From Selaginella moellendorffii (lineage: Eukaryota; Plantae; Lycopodiophyta): DNA of 64,000 bases. Below are positions 61,970-64,000 of the stretch, one piece after another (the first letter of the stretch is position 1; every line of letters starts with the position of its first letter). Made by a program: the position numbers and the translations under genes. The DNA lies in the NCBI RefSeq assembly GCF_000143415.4, contig NW_003314342.1, positions 782,173-846,172 of the forward strand, written 5' to 3'. The notes under the pieces are model-generated. The model was not told the origin of the DNA and did not search any database. It saw only the letters and a list, made by a program, of their open reading frames with translations.

Positions 61970-62640
61970 TTCAGGAGCATGCCTTGCCACAGCTTGGTGT
62001 CATGGATAAGTCGCACAGGATTTGGAGCAGGAAAAGTTTTCAGGGAGGACATTTCATCAATGAGATGCTCAGCTTCTTGCAGTCTCTAACACTGTGCGAG
62101 GAGATCAATCATACAGATATAGTGATCTGGAGAGGCTGAAATTATGCCCTGGAAATTCTGGTGGCCGTTCCTGAGTGGCTACATGTTGCCAGAAGGTTGA
62201 GAAAAGTGATTTGGTTTGGGGGAATTCCCTCGAGCTTCATTGCCTGGAAGATCTCTAGTGCTGCTTCCTCCGATTCAATGTAGGCAGTGAGCATCGCAGT
62301 CCAGGAGATCACGTCGCGCTCAGGCATGGAATCAAACACGGGTCTCGCGTCTAGGGAATTGCAATCTTCTTCGATGCCACGGCAACCAAGACTCGTCCGC
62401 GCTCCAGGCTGGGGATCGCCGCACAGGCATTGATCACCAGAGTGAAGGAAACCTCCTCGACCAAGACTCCCTCCAGATCCATGCGCACAAAGATCACGAG
62501 GGATTCTGGCGCGAATCCACTGACTGGCCCCCCCAGGAGACAGCATCCTTGCGATCACCAGCAGCCTCTTCAGTCCCACTGCTCTCCACCTTCACAATTG
62601 AAATGCTGGCCCACACAGACTGCATTAACGAGATTATAAA
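61970..62640 (-). pseudogene. PPR relic
   Basis: VFDSMPERDVISWTAMLTAY, LEGIPPNQITFLNLLATCSHSG, DHYICMIDLL. Confidence 0.75.
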
Positions 62641-63529
62641 ATCTTTTGTATATCAAAGTATGTCTATGTAAGAAAAATTGAAGAACATAAGAAAAAGATA
62701 AAGAGTATAACCAGGTTTTAGCTTTTTGTGGTATTTTTGTAAATTTTTGTAACTTCGCTTGTAATGTATGCTAAAATACATCTGTATGTTAACCAACATC
62801 ACATGTAATATATGAGGTATTCCATCAATTCCAGAATCATCCTTTAAAGCCCGGAAAGAGCATTGACAAGATCTGAGGCAAACATTTTTTCCTGTGCTTC
62901 TTTCTTGTCAGCATCATCATTATCTTTGTCATCACGAATAACTATATTCCCATCTAGTAGCATTTGTAAAAGTAGTTGTAGTAAAATAATATAATTTTAG
63001 AAAAGATAAAGTCCTTATGAATTTTGTTTTTGGTTTACTTAAGCAAACCTGACACACCTAGAATATATTTGGATATTCTAGAATTTTTTACCATTTAACG
63101 GTTGTTATTTATTTTCTATAATTTATAAACATGTTTATAATTTATAAATTTTCCTATACACTTTTTAATATATTATTTTTTATTTTACCATTTAATGGTT
63201 GATATTCAATAAGATTAATCTTGTCTTTATAAAGTATATACATATTTATAATTATAAGTTTTCATTTGATCAATAAATAAGAATAACACTACTATTATGC
63301 AAAACAAACATTGCTACAACAAATTTTTTTCTAAAATACTCAATTTAGTAGTATCTAATTACTTGTACATTTCAATATTTTAAAGTTTATCAAAACCTTC
63401 ATTTCTTTAATTAAAATTTCCTTTATAAGACTTATAATTAAGTACATTGACTTGCATTAAATTAACTTAAACTTCTAAACTTTAACTCAATTTTAGACCA
63501 CCCCCACTACAGCAGGAACTTTAGATAGC

Positions 63530-64000
63530 CTTAGCTCCTTTCGAGAGGTTTCTTTCTTCCTACGATCTGCCGGGCAATCCCACCAGGTGAAAGAAATTCA
63601 CAAGATTATTAGCAGCCACAATAGGTCAATGTTTTCCTTGTGAATCTCATGTGGGGACATGGTCTAGATTGCCTTCAATCACATCTGCCGACCCAATGTC
63701 TTCTGCTCTTGGCGATTGCCCAGAATGGAACCTTGGGACGACGTTCCAGCATGGTTCGAAGCAATGCCCAAGAGAGATGTTACGACACTACGCAGGTGAT
63801 GGGAACTTGGATCAAGCCCAGGAACTGTTTGATCGAATGCCGAGAAGAATGTAGTGGCATGGACTGTGATGGTTACCGCATTTACCCATAAAGGGGATCT
63901 AGATAGTGCGAAAACGTTGTTTGATAAGATGCCTGAGAAAAATCCGGTTTCTTGAGGTGCTCTGATATCGGCTTACGCAGTGCACAATCGGCTTGAAGAA
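63530..64000 (+). pseudogene. Degenerate copy of the 5' part of the 44067-46076 PPR gene (runs off window)
   Basis: Colinear with the reverse complement of ~46010-45470 (AIAQNGTL, GNLDQAQELFDRMP); deletions and stops present. Confidence 0.85.

Overview
Compact, intron-rich land-plant genomic DNA, most likely the lycophyte Selaginella (inferred from 40-100 bp introns, dense gene packing, many PLS-type PPR genes and relics). 2.9-14.9 kb is a gene block: a small secreted kissper-like/Pro-rich protein, a PIP1 aquaporin, a SEN1/senataxin-like helicase and a YbaK/ProX-like tRNA-editing protein. From 15.4 kb a module of [secreted tandem-DUF3455-like gene -> <- PLS-E PPR gene] is repeated: three intact DUF genes plus one truncated, and one intact PPR plus two pseudogenes. 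The array is interrupted at about 25.4-42.2 kb by nested retroelements: a gypsy remnant containing a tandem TRIM array, which in turn holds a young non-coding LARD-like element and a self-priming Tcn1-like chromovirus. A family-1 UDP-glycosyltransferase follows, then a TE graveyard with Cassandra-like (5S-bearing) TRIMs, a second LARD-family copy with a fold-back, a fungal-like P-loop NTPase pseudogene and PPR relics. Best leads: the DUF3455-like paralogs with strongly non-synonymous divergence, Cassandra-like elements in a probable lycophyte, a dense hairpin array inside the LARD, and a stand-alone kissper protein. All family assignments come from motif recognition, not database searches.
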